Sequence record: SRR20825019_46 | DNA: 20,000 nucleotides | Strand: one strand, 5' to 3' | Part shown: positions 8,487 through 16,912 of the stretch, piece after piece | How positions within the stretch are numbered: position 1 is the stretch's first letter | Layout: each line of letters opens with the position of its first letter | Translations under genes and position numbers: made by a program | Notes under the pieces: model-generated | Told to the model about the DNA's origin: nothing | Databases searched by the model: none | Seen by the model: the letters and a program-made list of their open reading frames with translations, nothing else

Positions 8487-8517
8487 ATTTGCCGTAAAAA
8501 CAAACTGCTCAATTTTG

Positions 8518-9591
8518 ATGAGACAAAAAACCAAGACAATTATTGCGATTGCACTCCCAGTTCAAATCATTTTGGTCAAATGGATAGGTAGTTATCCCAA
8601 CATTGTTGAAGCGTATTACAGTAATGGAATATATCCCTACATCTCAAGTTTTCTAAGAATACTTTTTGGCTGGATTCCATTTTCATTTGGGGACATACTC
8701 TATACCTTAATTGTACTGGTGGCCATCCGGTATATCTATAAAAACTGGAGAAGCATCAAGCAAAGACCTCTTTTTTTCCTAAAGGATATTGTCGTCTCAC
8801 TTTCCGTAGTATTCTTTCTTTTTCATCTGCTTTGGGGCATGAACTACCACCGCCAACCCATCACTTGGAAGCTCAACCTTGAACATGAATATACGGTCGA
8901 CGAACTGGTTGAATTGACACGGTTCATTGTAAAACAAACGAATCAATATCAAATGGAACTTACCGGAGATACCATCTCTCCTGTCCATATCCCCTACTCA
9001 AAAAAGGAAATCTTTGCCAAAACCGAAGAAGCCTATGTCAACTTTGCAGAGCAATATCCCGATTTCGGATATCAACATCTCAGTCTAAAATCATCCATTT
9101 ATAGCATACCCTTAACTTTTATGGGATATGGCGGCTACCTGAACCCTTTTACCAATGAGGCACAAGTGAATGGCGCTACCCCAAAATTTAGACTGCCCAC
9201 CGTAAGCTGTCACGAAGTAGGCCATCAACTAGGGTACTCAGCTGAGGGAGCCACTAATTTTATTGGCTATTTGGTCACATCACAGAGCAATGACACCTAC
9301 TTTAAATACTCTGCTTATAACCACGCCCTAGGATACTGCCTTACCGACCTTTTTCATAAGGATGAAGAAAAGTATAATGAGATTGTGGGCACCATCAACA
9401 TGGGGGTAAAAGAAAATTTTAATGAATTACGCGAGTTTTGGAAAAAATATGAGAATCCTATGGAACCCATATTCAAATCCGTGTTCAACACTTTTTTAAA
9501 GGCGAACAACCAAAAAGATGGCATCAAAAGTTACAATGCGGTCGTAGGTCTTATTATCAACTACAGAAAACAACAAATCGGTATTCAATAA
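8518..9591 (+). CDS. DUF3810-family membrane protein with a zincin-like HExxH motif
   Basis: N-terminal TM segments, YYSNGIYP, PFSFGDILY, LWGMNYHR, GYLNPFTNEAQVN and CHEVGHQLGYSAE..NFIGY. The ATG at 8518 is preferred over the TTG at 8515. Confidence 0.85.
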   Translation: MRQKTKTIIAIALPVQIILVKWIGSYPNIVEAYYSNGIYPYISSFLRILFGWIPFSFGDILYTLIVLVAIRYIYKNWRSIKQRPLFFLKDIVVSLSVVFFLFHLLWGMNYHRQPITWKLNLEHEYTVDELVELTRFIVKQTNQYQMELTGDTISPVHIPYSKKEIFAKTEEAYVNFAEQYPDFGYQHLSLKSSIYSIPLTFMGYGGYLNPFTNEAQVNGATPKFRLPTVSCHEVGHQLGYSAEGATNFIGYLVTSQSNDTYFKYSAYNHALGYCLTDLFHKDEEKYNEIVGTINMGVKENFNELREFWKKYENPMEPIFKSVFNTFLKANNQKDGIKSYNAVVGLIINYRKQQIGIQ

Positions 9592-9594
9592 GAC

Positions 9595-9625
9595 TTGTAG
9601 AGTCCTTGAAGTTGCGTTATATTTA
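9595..9625 (+). promoter_or_regulatory. Probable sigma-A promoter for the amidohydrolase operon: TTG-N20-TATATTTA
   Basis: TTG at 9595-9597, a 20 nt spacer and TATATTTA at 9618-9625 (one mismatch to TAnnTTTG). Confidence 0.5.
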
Positions 9626-9650
9626 AACCGACTAATTCAATTCAAACCTT

Positions 9651-12596
9651 ATGAAACTTAAACTTTTAGCGCTGCTATTCTTTGTAGGCAGCGTTTCTTT
9701 GTTTGCACAGGATTACTTTCCAATCAATGACGGTGTAAAGGCAAAGAAAAACAACAATTACACGGCATTTACCAATGCCAAGATCTATGTAACCCCGACC
9801 CAAGTTATCAACAAGGGTACTTTGCTGATCCAGAATGGTAAAGTAGTACAAGTTGGTAAATCCGTAAACATCCCAAAAAATGCAGTGGTCGAGGATATGA
9901 GCGGTAAGTCCATTTACCCCTCGTTTATCGATGTGCTTTCCGGTTTTGGGGTAAAACTTCCCAAAGAAGCCAGTGGCGGCGGAAGGTCTGCACAATATGG
10001 CCCATCCAGGGAAGGGTTTTATTGGAACGACCACATTATGCCGGAAAACGATGCCATCAGCAGTTTTGAGTATGATAAAAAACAGGCCGAGGAGTTGAGA
10101 AATGCCGGTTTTGGAACCATCAATGCCCATATTGAAGATGGTATTGCCAGAGGAACAGGAGTTTTGGTCGCTCTGAACGACGAAGCTTCCGAAGCCCAAC
10201 GTATCCTTTCCGATAAATCGGCACAATACTTTTCTTTTGAGAAAAGCCAAGCATCCAGACAATCATACCCAGGTTCATTGATGGGCGCAATGGCCCTAAT
10301 GAGACAGGTATATTATGATATGGATTGGTACAGCAAGGGCAATGTGGACACCAAAGATCGTTCTTTGGAAGCACTTATTGCCAATAAAGGACTAACCCAG
10401 ATTTATGTTGCCGGTGATAATGGCAACGTATTGAGAGCCGATAAAATCGGTGACCTTTTTGGAATACAGTACACCATTTTAGGCGGTGGTGATGAATACG
10501 AGCGCATCGAGGAAATCAAAGCCACTAATGCCAAATTGATTCTACCCGTTGATTTCCCGGATGCGTTTGACGTATCTAACCCTTATCAAGCAAAATATAT
10601 TGCTTTAAAAGATATGAGACATTGGAACTTGGCACCCTCCAACCCAAAAGTATTGGCGGACAACGGAGTCGAGTTTTCCATCACCCTGCACGGACTCAAG
10701 TCTCCAAAAGATTTAAAAGACAAAATAATGAAGGCTATTACTTATGGTCTTCCAGAAACCAAAGCACTAGAGGCCCTTACCACAATCCCTGCTTCAATAT
10801 TGGGTAAATCCAATGAAATAGGGTCCTTGCAACCTGGTAGCCAAGCCAATTTCCTGATTACCTCTGGCGATATTTTCGACAAAGGGACTACTCTTTATGA
10901 GAACTGGGTACAAGGAACCAAGAATATTGTGGAGAGCATGGACGTAATCGATATTAGAGGTGATTACGACCTTACAGTTAACGGAAGTACATATAAAGTT
11001 TCCTTGACTGGCGATGCCGATAAACCAAAGGCTGAAATCAAAAAAGGAGAAGAGAAGGTTGATTCCAAAATCGACTATTCCGCCGACTGGCTAAATATAT
11101 CCTTTAGTGATGACAATATCGGTTCTTACCGATGGGTAGCACAGGTTATGCCTGGCAACAACAGCATAAAAGGCACCATAGTCCTTCCCAATGGAGATGA
11201 AACTACCGCTACAATGACCAAGACATCTCCTTTTGAAGAAAAAGCAGAAGAAGATGAAACCGCAGAAAAGCCACAGCTTATGGCCGTTACCTATCCAAAT
11301 GTAGGATATGGTTTTAAAGAAAAACCCAAACAGGAAAGTATTTTGTTCAAAAACGCCACAGTCTGGACCGGGGAGAGCATTTTGGAAAATACAGATGTGC
11401 TGATCAAAAACGGGGAAATTTCCAAAGTTGGAAAAGACCTAAGAGCTGGAGGAGCCACAGTTGTTGATGCTACAGGTAAGCACTTAACGGCTGGAATTAT
11501 TGACGAGCACACCCACATTGCAGCATTGGCCATTAACGAAGGGGGACACAATTCATCTGCCGAAGTACGTATGGAAGACGTAATCGACCCCAAAGACGTT
11601 GCCATTTACCGCGATTTGGCGGGAGGTGTTACCACTGCCCAGTTGTTGCACGGTTCAGCCAACCCGATTGGTGGGCAATCCGCCATTATACGAATGAAAT
11701 GGGGAGAAAGTGCCGAGGATATGGTATTTGACAACTCACCCAAGTTCATCAAGTTTGCTTTGGGAGAAAATGTAAAGCAGTCCAACTGGGGCAGCTACTC
11801 ACGTTTCCCACAGACAAGAATGGGAGTTGAACAGGTGTATACCGACTACTTCCAACGCGCCAAGGAATATGATGAAAAGAAAAAGAGCGGAGAGCCTTAT
11901 CGCCATGATGAGGAAATGGAGACCTTGGCCGAAATATTGAACGGAGAGCGTTTCATTTCTTGTCATTCCTATGTACAGAGCGAAATCAACATGATGATGA
12001 AAGTCGCAGAAAAGTTTGGTTTCCGAGTGAACACCTTCACACACATTTTGGAAGGTTACAAAGTAGCCGACAAAATGGCCGAGCATGGAGTTGGTGGAGG
12101 TACATTTAGTGACTGGTGGGCCTACAAATACGAAGTGAACGACGCCATTCCCTACAATGCTGCCATCATGACAAGCCAAGGTGTGACGGTTGCCATCAAC
12201 AGCGATGATGCCGAAATGTCCAGAAGATTGAACCAAGAAGCGGGCAAGACCGTCAAATATGGAGGGATGTCAGAAATTGAAGCTTGGAAAATGGTCACGC
12301 TGAACCCAGCCAAACTACTTCACTTGGACGACCGCGTAGGAAGTATCGAGGAAGGCAAGGATGCCGATGTTGTGCTATGGAGCGATCATCCATTATCCGT
12401 TTATGCAAAAGCTGAGAAAACTTTGATTGAAGGAAAAGTATATTTTGACTTGGAAAAGGACAAAAAACTAAGAGAATCCATCAAAAAGGAACGTAACCAG
12501 TTGATTGGAATGATGCTGAACGAGAACAAAAAAGGAGGAAAGTCCAGAACTCCTGTGCAGAGCAAGAAAGAAGAATTTAATTGTGACACCCTTTAA
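9651..12596 (+). CDS. Exported amidohydrolase-superfamily protein with two tandem amidohydrolase domains
   Basis: Sec signal peptide (..VSLFA/QD). The C-terminal domain has IIDEHTH, LHGSANPIGG, IKFALGEN, SCHSY, FTHILE, INSDD and TLNPAKLL..DDRVGSIEEGKDAD. The N-terminal domain has the same scaffold without the His ligands. Confidence 0.93.
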   Translation: MKLKLLALLFFVGSVSLFAQDYFPINDGVKAKKNNNYTAFTNAKIYVTPTQVINKGTLLIQNGKVVQVGKSVNIPKNAVVEDMSGKSIYPSFIDVLSGFGVKLPKEASGGGRSAQYGPSREGFYWNDHIMPENDAISSFEYDKKQAEELRNAGFGTINAHIEDGIARGTGVLVALNDEASEAQRILSDKSAQYFSFEKSQASRQSYPGSLMGAMALMRQVYYDMDWYSKGNVDTKDRSLEALIANKGLTQIYVAGDNGNVLRADKIGDLFGIQYTILGGGDEYERIEEIKATNAKLILPVDFPDAFDVSNPYQAKYIALKDMRHWNLAPSNPKVLADNGVEFSITLHGLKSPKDLKDKIMKAITYGLPETKALEALTTIPASILGKSNEIGSLQPGSQANFLITSGDIFDKGTTLYENWVQGTKNIVESMDVIDIRGDYDLTVNGSTYKVSLTGDADKPKAEIKKGEEKVDSKIDYSADWLNISFSDDNIGSYRWVAQVMPGNNSIKGTIVLPNGDETTATMTKTSPFEEKAEEDETAEKPQLMAVTYPNVGYGFKEKPKQESILFKNATVWTGESILENTDVLIKNGEISKVGKDLRAGGATVVDATGKHLTAGIIDEHTHIAALAINEGGHNSSAEVRMEDVIDPKDVAIYRDLAGGVTTAQLLHGSANPIGGQSAIIRMKWGESAEDMVFDNSPKFIKFALGENVKQSNWGSYSRFPQTRMGVEQVYTDYFQRAKEYDEKKKSGEPYRHDEEMETLAEILNGERFISCHSYVQSEINMMMKVAEKFGFRVNTFTHILEGYKVADKMAEHGVGGGTFSDWWAYKYEVNDAIPYNAAIMTSQGVTVAINSDDAEMSRRLNQEAGKTVKYGGMSEIEAWKMVTLNPAKLLHLDDRVGSIEEGKDADVVLWSDHPLSVYAKAEKTLIEGKVYFDLEKDKKLRESIKKERNQLIGMMLNENKKGGKSRTPVQSKKEEFNCDTL

Positions 12597-12606
12597 AAAA
12601 TAGACC

Positions 12607-13905
12607 ATGAAAAAAATATTTTTAATCATAGCAATTGTTTTTGGGGTTTCATTGAACGCACAGCAGACCCCTGCCCCGCCTCAATCCGAACAAATTGCCA
12701 TTATTGGTGCCACAGCCCATATTGGCAATGGAGAGGTGATAGAGAACTGTACCATCATTTTTAAGGATGGAAAAATTACCGCTATCGGTTCAGGTTTGAT
12801 GGCCCCGACCATTGGGACCATGATCAATGCCGAAGGCAAACACGTGTATCCAGGTTTCATCGCACCATCCAAATCACTTGGTTTGGTAGAGGTCGATGCC
12901 GTTAGGGCCAGTGACGACCAAGACGAAATCGGAGAAATGATTCCACATGTACGCAGTTTAATCGCATACAATGCAGAATCCAAAGTTGTTGAAAGTATGC
13001 GCCCCAACGGCGTACTTATCGGACAGGTAACCCCTGTTGGAGGCACCATTTCCGGAACTTCAAGTATTGTTCAGTTCGATGCTTGGAACTGGGAAGACGC
13101 AGCAGTCAAAACAGATGATGGCATCCACATGAACTGGCCTAACTTTTTTAGAAGAGGCCGTTGGTGGGCTGGTGAAGAAAGAGGTTTCATTCCAAACAAA
13201 GAGTATGGCAAAGAAATGGCCGACATTGAAATGTTCTTCCAAAATTCCATTGCCTACGGAAAAGCCAGTGAGGATGAAAAGAACTTGCCATTTGCCGCTA
13301 TGCAGGGCTTGTTCGATGGTTCCCAGCGTCTCTACATCCATGCAGATGGTGAAAAAGAAATGACCGATGCCGTGACAATGGCCAAGGAAATGGGTGTTAA
13401 AAACGTAGTGATTGTGGGTGGATATAGAGCCAATAAAATTGTAGACCTTCTGAAAGAACATAATATTCCTGTTTTGGTCGAGCGCACACATGCATTGCCA
13501 AGTTTTGAAGACGATGATTACGATATCACCTATAAATTGCCAAAATTATTGGTAGATGCCGGCCTTTTGGTTGGGTTGCAAAATGAAGATGCCGCCAATT
13601 TCCAAGTGAGGAACCTTGCCTTTTATGCGGGACAAACCGTAGCCCAAGGATTGGATAAAGAGACCGCCCTTCAATTGATAACCGGAAATACGGCCAAAAT
13701 TCTTGGAATTGATGATATGTACGGAACCTTGGAAGAAGGTAAAAGCGCAACACTGTTCATCTCCGAAGGTGACGCCTTGGACATGAGGACCAACAAACTT
13801 ACCAAAGCCTACATCGATGGCAGGGACGTTTCATTGGAAACCCACCAGACCGAACTTTGGAAACGGTATATGGGCAAATACGAAAGAGAAAAGGAAGGAC
13901 AATAG
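12607..13905 (+). CDS. Exported amidohydrolase-fold protein, probably catalytically degenerate
   Basis: Signal peptide (..SLNA/QQ); scaffold motifs GKHVYPGFI, P.GG.ISG.SS and ITGNTAKILGIDD.YGTLEEGKSATLFI. The DxHxH motif is replaced by APSKS. Confidence 0.9.
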   Translation: MKKIFLIIAIVFGVSLNAQQTPAPPQSEQIAIIGATAHIGNGEVIENCTIIFKDGKITAIGSGLMAPTIGTMINAEGKHVYPGFIAPSKSLGLVEVDAVRASDDQDEIGEMIPHVRSLIAYNAESKVVESMRPNGVLIGQVTPVGGTISGTSSIVQFDAWNWEDAAVKTDDGIHMNWPNFFRRGRWWAGEERGFIPNKEYGKEMADIEMFFQNSIAYGKASEDEKNLPFAAMQGLFDGSQRLYIHADGEKEMTDAVTMAKEMGVKNVVIVGGYRANKIVDLLKEHNIPVLVERTHALPSFEDDDYDITYKLPKLLVDAGLLVGLQNEDAANFQVRNLAFYAGQTVAQGLDKETALQLITGNTAKILGIDDMYGTLEEGKSATLFISEGDALDMRTNKLTKAYIDGRDVSLETHQTELWKRYMGKYEREKEGQ

Positions 13906-13917
13906 ATTTTTCCAAAT

Positions 13918-13948
13918 AAAAAAAGGCGCTCAATTGAGCGCCTTTTTT
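13918..13948. terminator. Bidirectional Rho-independent terminator
   Basis: Perfect 30-bp palindrome aaaaaaggcgctcaattgagcgcctttttt (13919-13948) between convergent genes. Confidence 0.92.
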
Positions 13949-13959
13949 GTTTTTGTGAA

Positions 13960-14763
13960 TTAATTCATCTTAATGGGAACGTACTCTCCATTTTCTGGTT
14001 TTTCGTAAAACGCACTCGGTTTGGCATCCTCACTCAGCATAACTTCTTCAAAATTGACCGTGCTTGCCGGTTCCATAATCGTTCTGCCTTCATACTTATG
14101 CCATGTAATCGATTTTGGCAGCACCAGTCCATTCACTTCTTGCCAGTTATCGTAGTGAATCCATTTTACATTATCCGAACTTTCCCCAGAACGATAGGTC
14201 ACGGTATAACCCAACCAAGCCATCTGGTGGCTCTCTGGATCATAATAAATAAAATATTCATCTTTGGATGAAGCGCCAACACCCGACTCATAGGCTATTT
14301 GAAGACCAGGATACTTTTTGCCATCATATTCTAAATCTTCGGTAGCAGAATATAGGATACCTTCGTCTGCCAACACAAAGGGCATGGCATAAAAGTAAAA
14401 CATCAAATTATGATAAAAGCCTGCATCGCCTTCATAGTTCCCACTTTCATTCAAGAGCCAAGCTTGTTCTCCGTCAAAACCCATCGAAAATTGTTCCGTG
14501 TCAATTCTATCCTTTCGGGACCATAAATCAATGGTATGGGTTTCGGACTGGTTTGGTTTTGGCAGCACAAAGGATATTGTTCGTTGCGACTTCCATTGTT
14601 TCAAACCTCCATGTGCATCAAAAACTTTCGTCAAGGCATCAGGGTAAACAGCTTCATCAACAAGCAGTTCCTGCTGAACTGGCGTTTCATTTTTTTCTGT
14701 TTTGAGATTTTGTTTACAGGCGGTTAGGCCAATAAAAAGTAATAGGATGGTTAATTTGTTCAT
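13960..14763 (-). CDS. Uncharacterised lipoprotein, DUF6503-like
   Basis: Lipobox LTAC; AHGG...W, GFDGEQAW, FYFYAMPFVLAD.G, GVGASSKDEY..YYD and WQEVNGLVLP, as in Bacteroidota DUF6503-type proteins (recalled, not searched). Confidence 0.72.
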   Translation of the reverse strand: MNKLTILLLFIGLTACKQNLKTEKNETPVQQELLVDEAVYPDALTKVFDAHGGLKQWKSQRTISFVLPKPNQSETHTIDLWSRKDRIDTEQFSMGFDGEQAWLLNESGNYEGDAGFYHNLMFYFYAMPFVLADEGILYSATEDLEYDGKKYPGLQIAYESGVGASSKDEYFIYYDPESHQMAWLGYTVTYRSGESSDNVKWIHYDNWQEVNGLVLPKSITWHKYEGRTIMEPASTVNFEEVMLSEDAKPSAFYEKPENGEYVPIKMN

Positions 14764-14783
14764 GGATTAAATTTTACCAGTTG

Positions 14784-14809
14784 GTCGAAAAGCCCTTTTT
14801 ATAATTACA
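14784..14809 (-). promoter_or_regulatory. Candidate ECF sigma promoter TGTAAT-N16-CGAC
   Basis: The minus strand reads TGTAAT tataaaaagggctttt CGACcaa, 20 nt upstream of the ATG at 14763. I found no TAnnTTTG element for this gene. Confidence 0.45.
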
Positions 14810-14817
14810 GGAATGGC

Positions 14818-14825
14818 TATTTTTA
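14818..14825 (+). promoter_or_regulatory. Variant -7 element (TATTTTTA) for the TrmH-M48 operon
   Basis: One mismatch to TAnnTTTG, 6 nt before the ATG at 14832. Confidence 0.4.
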
Positions 14826-14831
14826 CCCCCT

Positions 14832-15632
14832 ATGGAAGCTAAATTCATCAGCAGTGCCCAGAATCCCTTGGTAAAAAAGATTCTGCAACTCAAAGAAAAG
14901 TCCCGTGAACGAAGAAAAGCAGGAGTTTTTGTGGTAGAAGGCCAACGGGAGATTGAATTGGCGCAAAAGGGAGGCTATGTTTTGCAAACGCTTCTCTATT
15001 GTCCAGAACTGATGGGTTCCAGCTCCGTTGAAGCTTTTACCAAGACTTCCGACCAAGAAATTATCCAAGTTTCCGAAAGTGTTTACGGTAAAATTGCCCA
15101 TCGGGGGACCACCGAAGGCATCATGGGCTTGATGCGTTCCAAAGACCATACGCTGGCAAACATCGTTTTCAAAGATGAAACACCTTTGGTACTGGTGGCC
15201 GAAGCCACAGAAAAACCAGGAAACATCGGCGCGCTTTTGCGCACTGCGGATGCCGCAGCCGTGGATGCCGTTTTAATAGCAAACCCCAAATCAGACCTAT
15301 ATAGTCCGAATATTATCCGTTCCAGCGTGGGCTGCCTGTTTACCAATCAGATTGGCGTAGGAACAACGGACGAAATCATTGATTTTTTACAAACCAACCA
15401 AATCAAAATCTACTGTGCCGCCCTCACCGCTTCCAAAAATTATGTGGAGTGCGATTTTAAAGCCGCTTCTGCCCTTGTAATGGGTACGGAAGCTACTGGA
15501 TTGACAGAAAAATGGCTTCAAAATTCCGACCAAAACATAATTATACCGATGCAAGGAGAAATAGACTCCATGAATGTTTCGGTATCCGCTGCAATACTTA
15601 TATTTGAGGCGAAGCGCCAGCGCGGATTTTAA
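14832..15632 (+). CDS. TrmH/SpoU-family RNA 2'-O-methyltransferase
   Basis: ISS.QNP.VK, FVVEG.RE, EKPGNIGALLRTADA, LVMGTEATGL and IPMQGEIDSMNVSVSAAILIFE (SPOUT motifs). Confidence 0.96.
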   Translation: MEAKFISSAQNPLVKKILQLKEKSRERRKAGVFVVEGQREIELAQKGGYVLQTLLYCPELMGSSSVEAFTKTSDQEIIQVSESVYGKIAHRGTTEGIMGLMRSKDHTLANIVFKDETPLVLVAEATEKPGNIGALLRTADAAAVDAVLIANPKSDLYSPNIIRSSVGCLFTNQIGVGTTDEIIDFLQTNQIKIYCAALTASKNYVECDFKAASALVMGTEATGLTEKWLQNSDQNIIIPMQGEIDSMNVSVSAAILIFEAKRQRGF

Positions 15633-15635
15633 GCT

Positions 15636-16868
15636 ATGGAAAAAAATGTACTCTTTTATATCATTCTGGCCATACTTGTGGTCCAATACCTGGCTCACCA
15701 GTATTTGGAACACTTGAATGCCAAGCGTTTCAAATCGGCTTTGCCACCAGAACTTGCCGATGTGTTTGATGAACAGGAATATCAAAAATCGCAACAATAC
15801 AAGAAAATCAATTATAAATTTGGAGTCATTTCGGATGGCTTTTCATTGATTCTGACCATCTGCTTTCTTGCTTTAGGAGGTTTTGAATGGGTGGACCAAC
15901 TCACGCGTTCCATCACTGAAAAACCCATTCCGATGGCATTGATTTTCTTTGGAATCGTTATGCTGGGAAGTGCCATTTTGGGACTTCCATTCTCTTATTA
16001 CCGAACATTTGTGATCGAGGAAGAATATGGGTTCAACAAAACAACAAAATCCACTTTTTTCACCGATAAAATTAAGGGCAGCATTCTAACCGTTGTTCTT
16101 GGAGGAGGGATTTTGACATTGTTCATGTTGTTCTATCAATCCACAGGGCAATATTTTTGGATCTACGCATGGATTGCCGTTGGAATCTTCATTTTGTTTA
16201 TCAACCTATTTTATAGCCGATTGATTGTTCCCATCTTCAACAAACAGACACCGCTTGAAGATGGTAGTCTAAAAAGTTCCATTGAAAATTATGCGCAAAA
16301 AGTCGGGTTCGAGCTTCAAAATATATTTGTGATCGATGGTTCCAAGCGATCCACAAAAGCAAATGCCTATTTTTCAGGATTTGGAAAAGAGAAAAGAATC
16401 ACTTTGTTCGACACCTTGATCAACGACCTTAGCGAAGATGAAATTGTGGCTGTATTAGCTCACGAAGTAGGTCACTATAAACGCAACCATATTATTGTAA
16501 ATCTTGTAGTTTCGCTATTGACCACAGGTTTGACGTTGTTCGTTCTTTCATTGTTCATCAACCATCCAGAAATATCCTTGGCCATTGGGGTCTCCACACC
16601 AAGTTTCCATGCGGCATTGGTCGGGTTTGCATTGTTATACAGTCCAATATCCGAAGTCACTGGATTGATTATGAACTATTTATCTCGAAAATTCGAATTT
16701 CAGGCGGATGACTTTGCGAAAAATACTTTTGCGGCAACCCCTTTGGTCTCTTCCTTAAAAAAGTTGTCCAAAAAGAGTTTGAGCAATTTAACACCTCACC
16801 CAGCTTACGTATTTGTGCACTATTCGCACCCCCCTTTAGTGGAACGTATCCGAAACCTAAAGGCATAG
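15636..16868 (+). CDS. M48 family integral-membrane zinc metallopeptidase (Ste24/CAAX protease-like)
   Basis: Multiple TM helices; IEEEYGFNK, DGSKRSTKANAYFSG, LFDTL, LAHEVGH, EFQAD and HYSHPPL.ERI. Confidence 0.96.
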   Translation: MEKNVLFYIILAILVVQYLAHQYLEHLNAKRFKSALPPELADVFDEQEYQKSQQYKKINYKFGVISDGFSLILTICFLALGGFEWVDQLTRSITEKPIPMALIFFGIVMLGSAILGLPFSYYRTFVIEEEYGFNKTTKSTFFTDKIKGSILTVVLGGGILTLFMLFYQSTGQYFWIYAWIAVGIFILFINLFYSRLIVPIFNKQTPLEDGSLKSSIENYAQKVGFELQNIFVIDGSKRSTKANAYFSGFGKEKRITLFDTLINDLSEDEIVAVLAHEVGHYKRNHIIVNLVVSLLTTGLTLFVLSLFINHPEISLAIGVSTPSFHAALVGFALLYSPISEVTGLIMNYLSRKFEFQADDFAKNTFAATPLVSSLKKLSKKSLSNLTPHPAYVFVHYSHPPLVERIRNLKA

Positions 16869-16874
16869 TTTTTG

Positions 16875-16905
16875 TTGTTTAGATAATAAGATTATAGTAA
16901 ATTTA
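16875..16905 (+). promoter_or_regulatory. Probable promoter for rel: TTG-N20-TAAATTTA
   Basis: TTG at 16875-16877, a 20 nt spacer and a variant -7 element at 16898-16905, ending 7 nt before the ATG. Confidence 0.45.
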
Positions 16906-16912
16906 ATATACT

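Noticed and set aside
9211..9221. Identical 11-mer cacgaagtagg at 9211 and 16461
   Set aside because: Both copies encode HEVG of an HExxH motif, so this is protein-level convergence and not a DNA repeat.
16883..16895. Inverted repeat ATAAT-aag-ATTAT in the rel promoter as a possible Fur/PerR box
   Set aside because: The spacer is 3 nt instead of the 1 nt of the 7-1-7 Fur/PerR box, the match to the E. coli Fur consensus is only about 9/19, and the DNA is very AT-rich.
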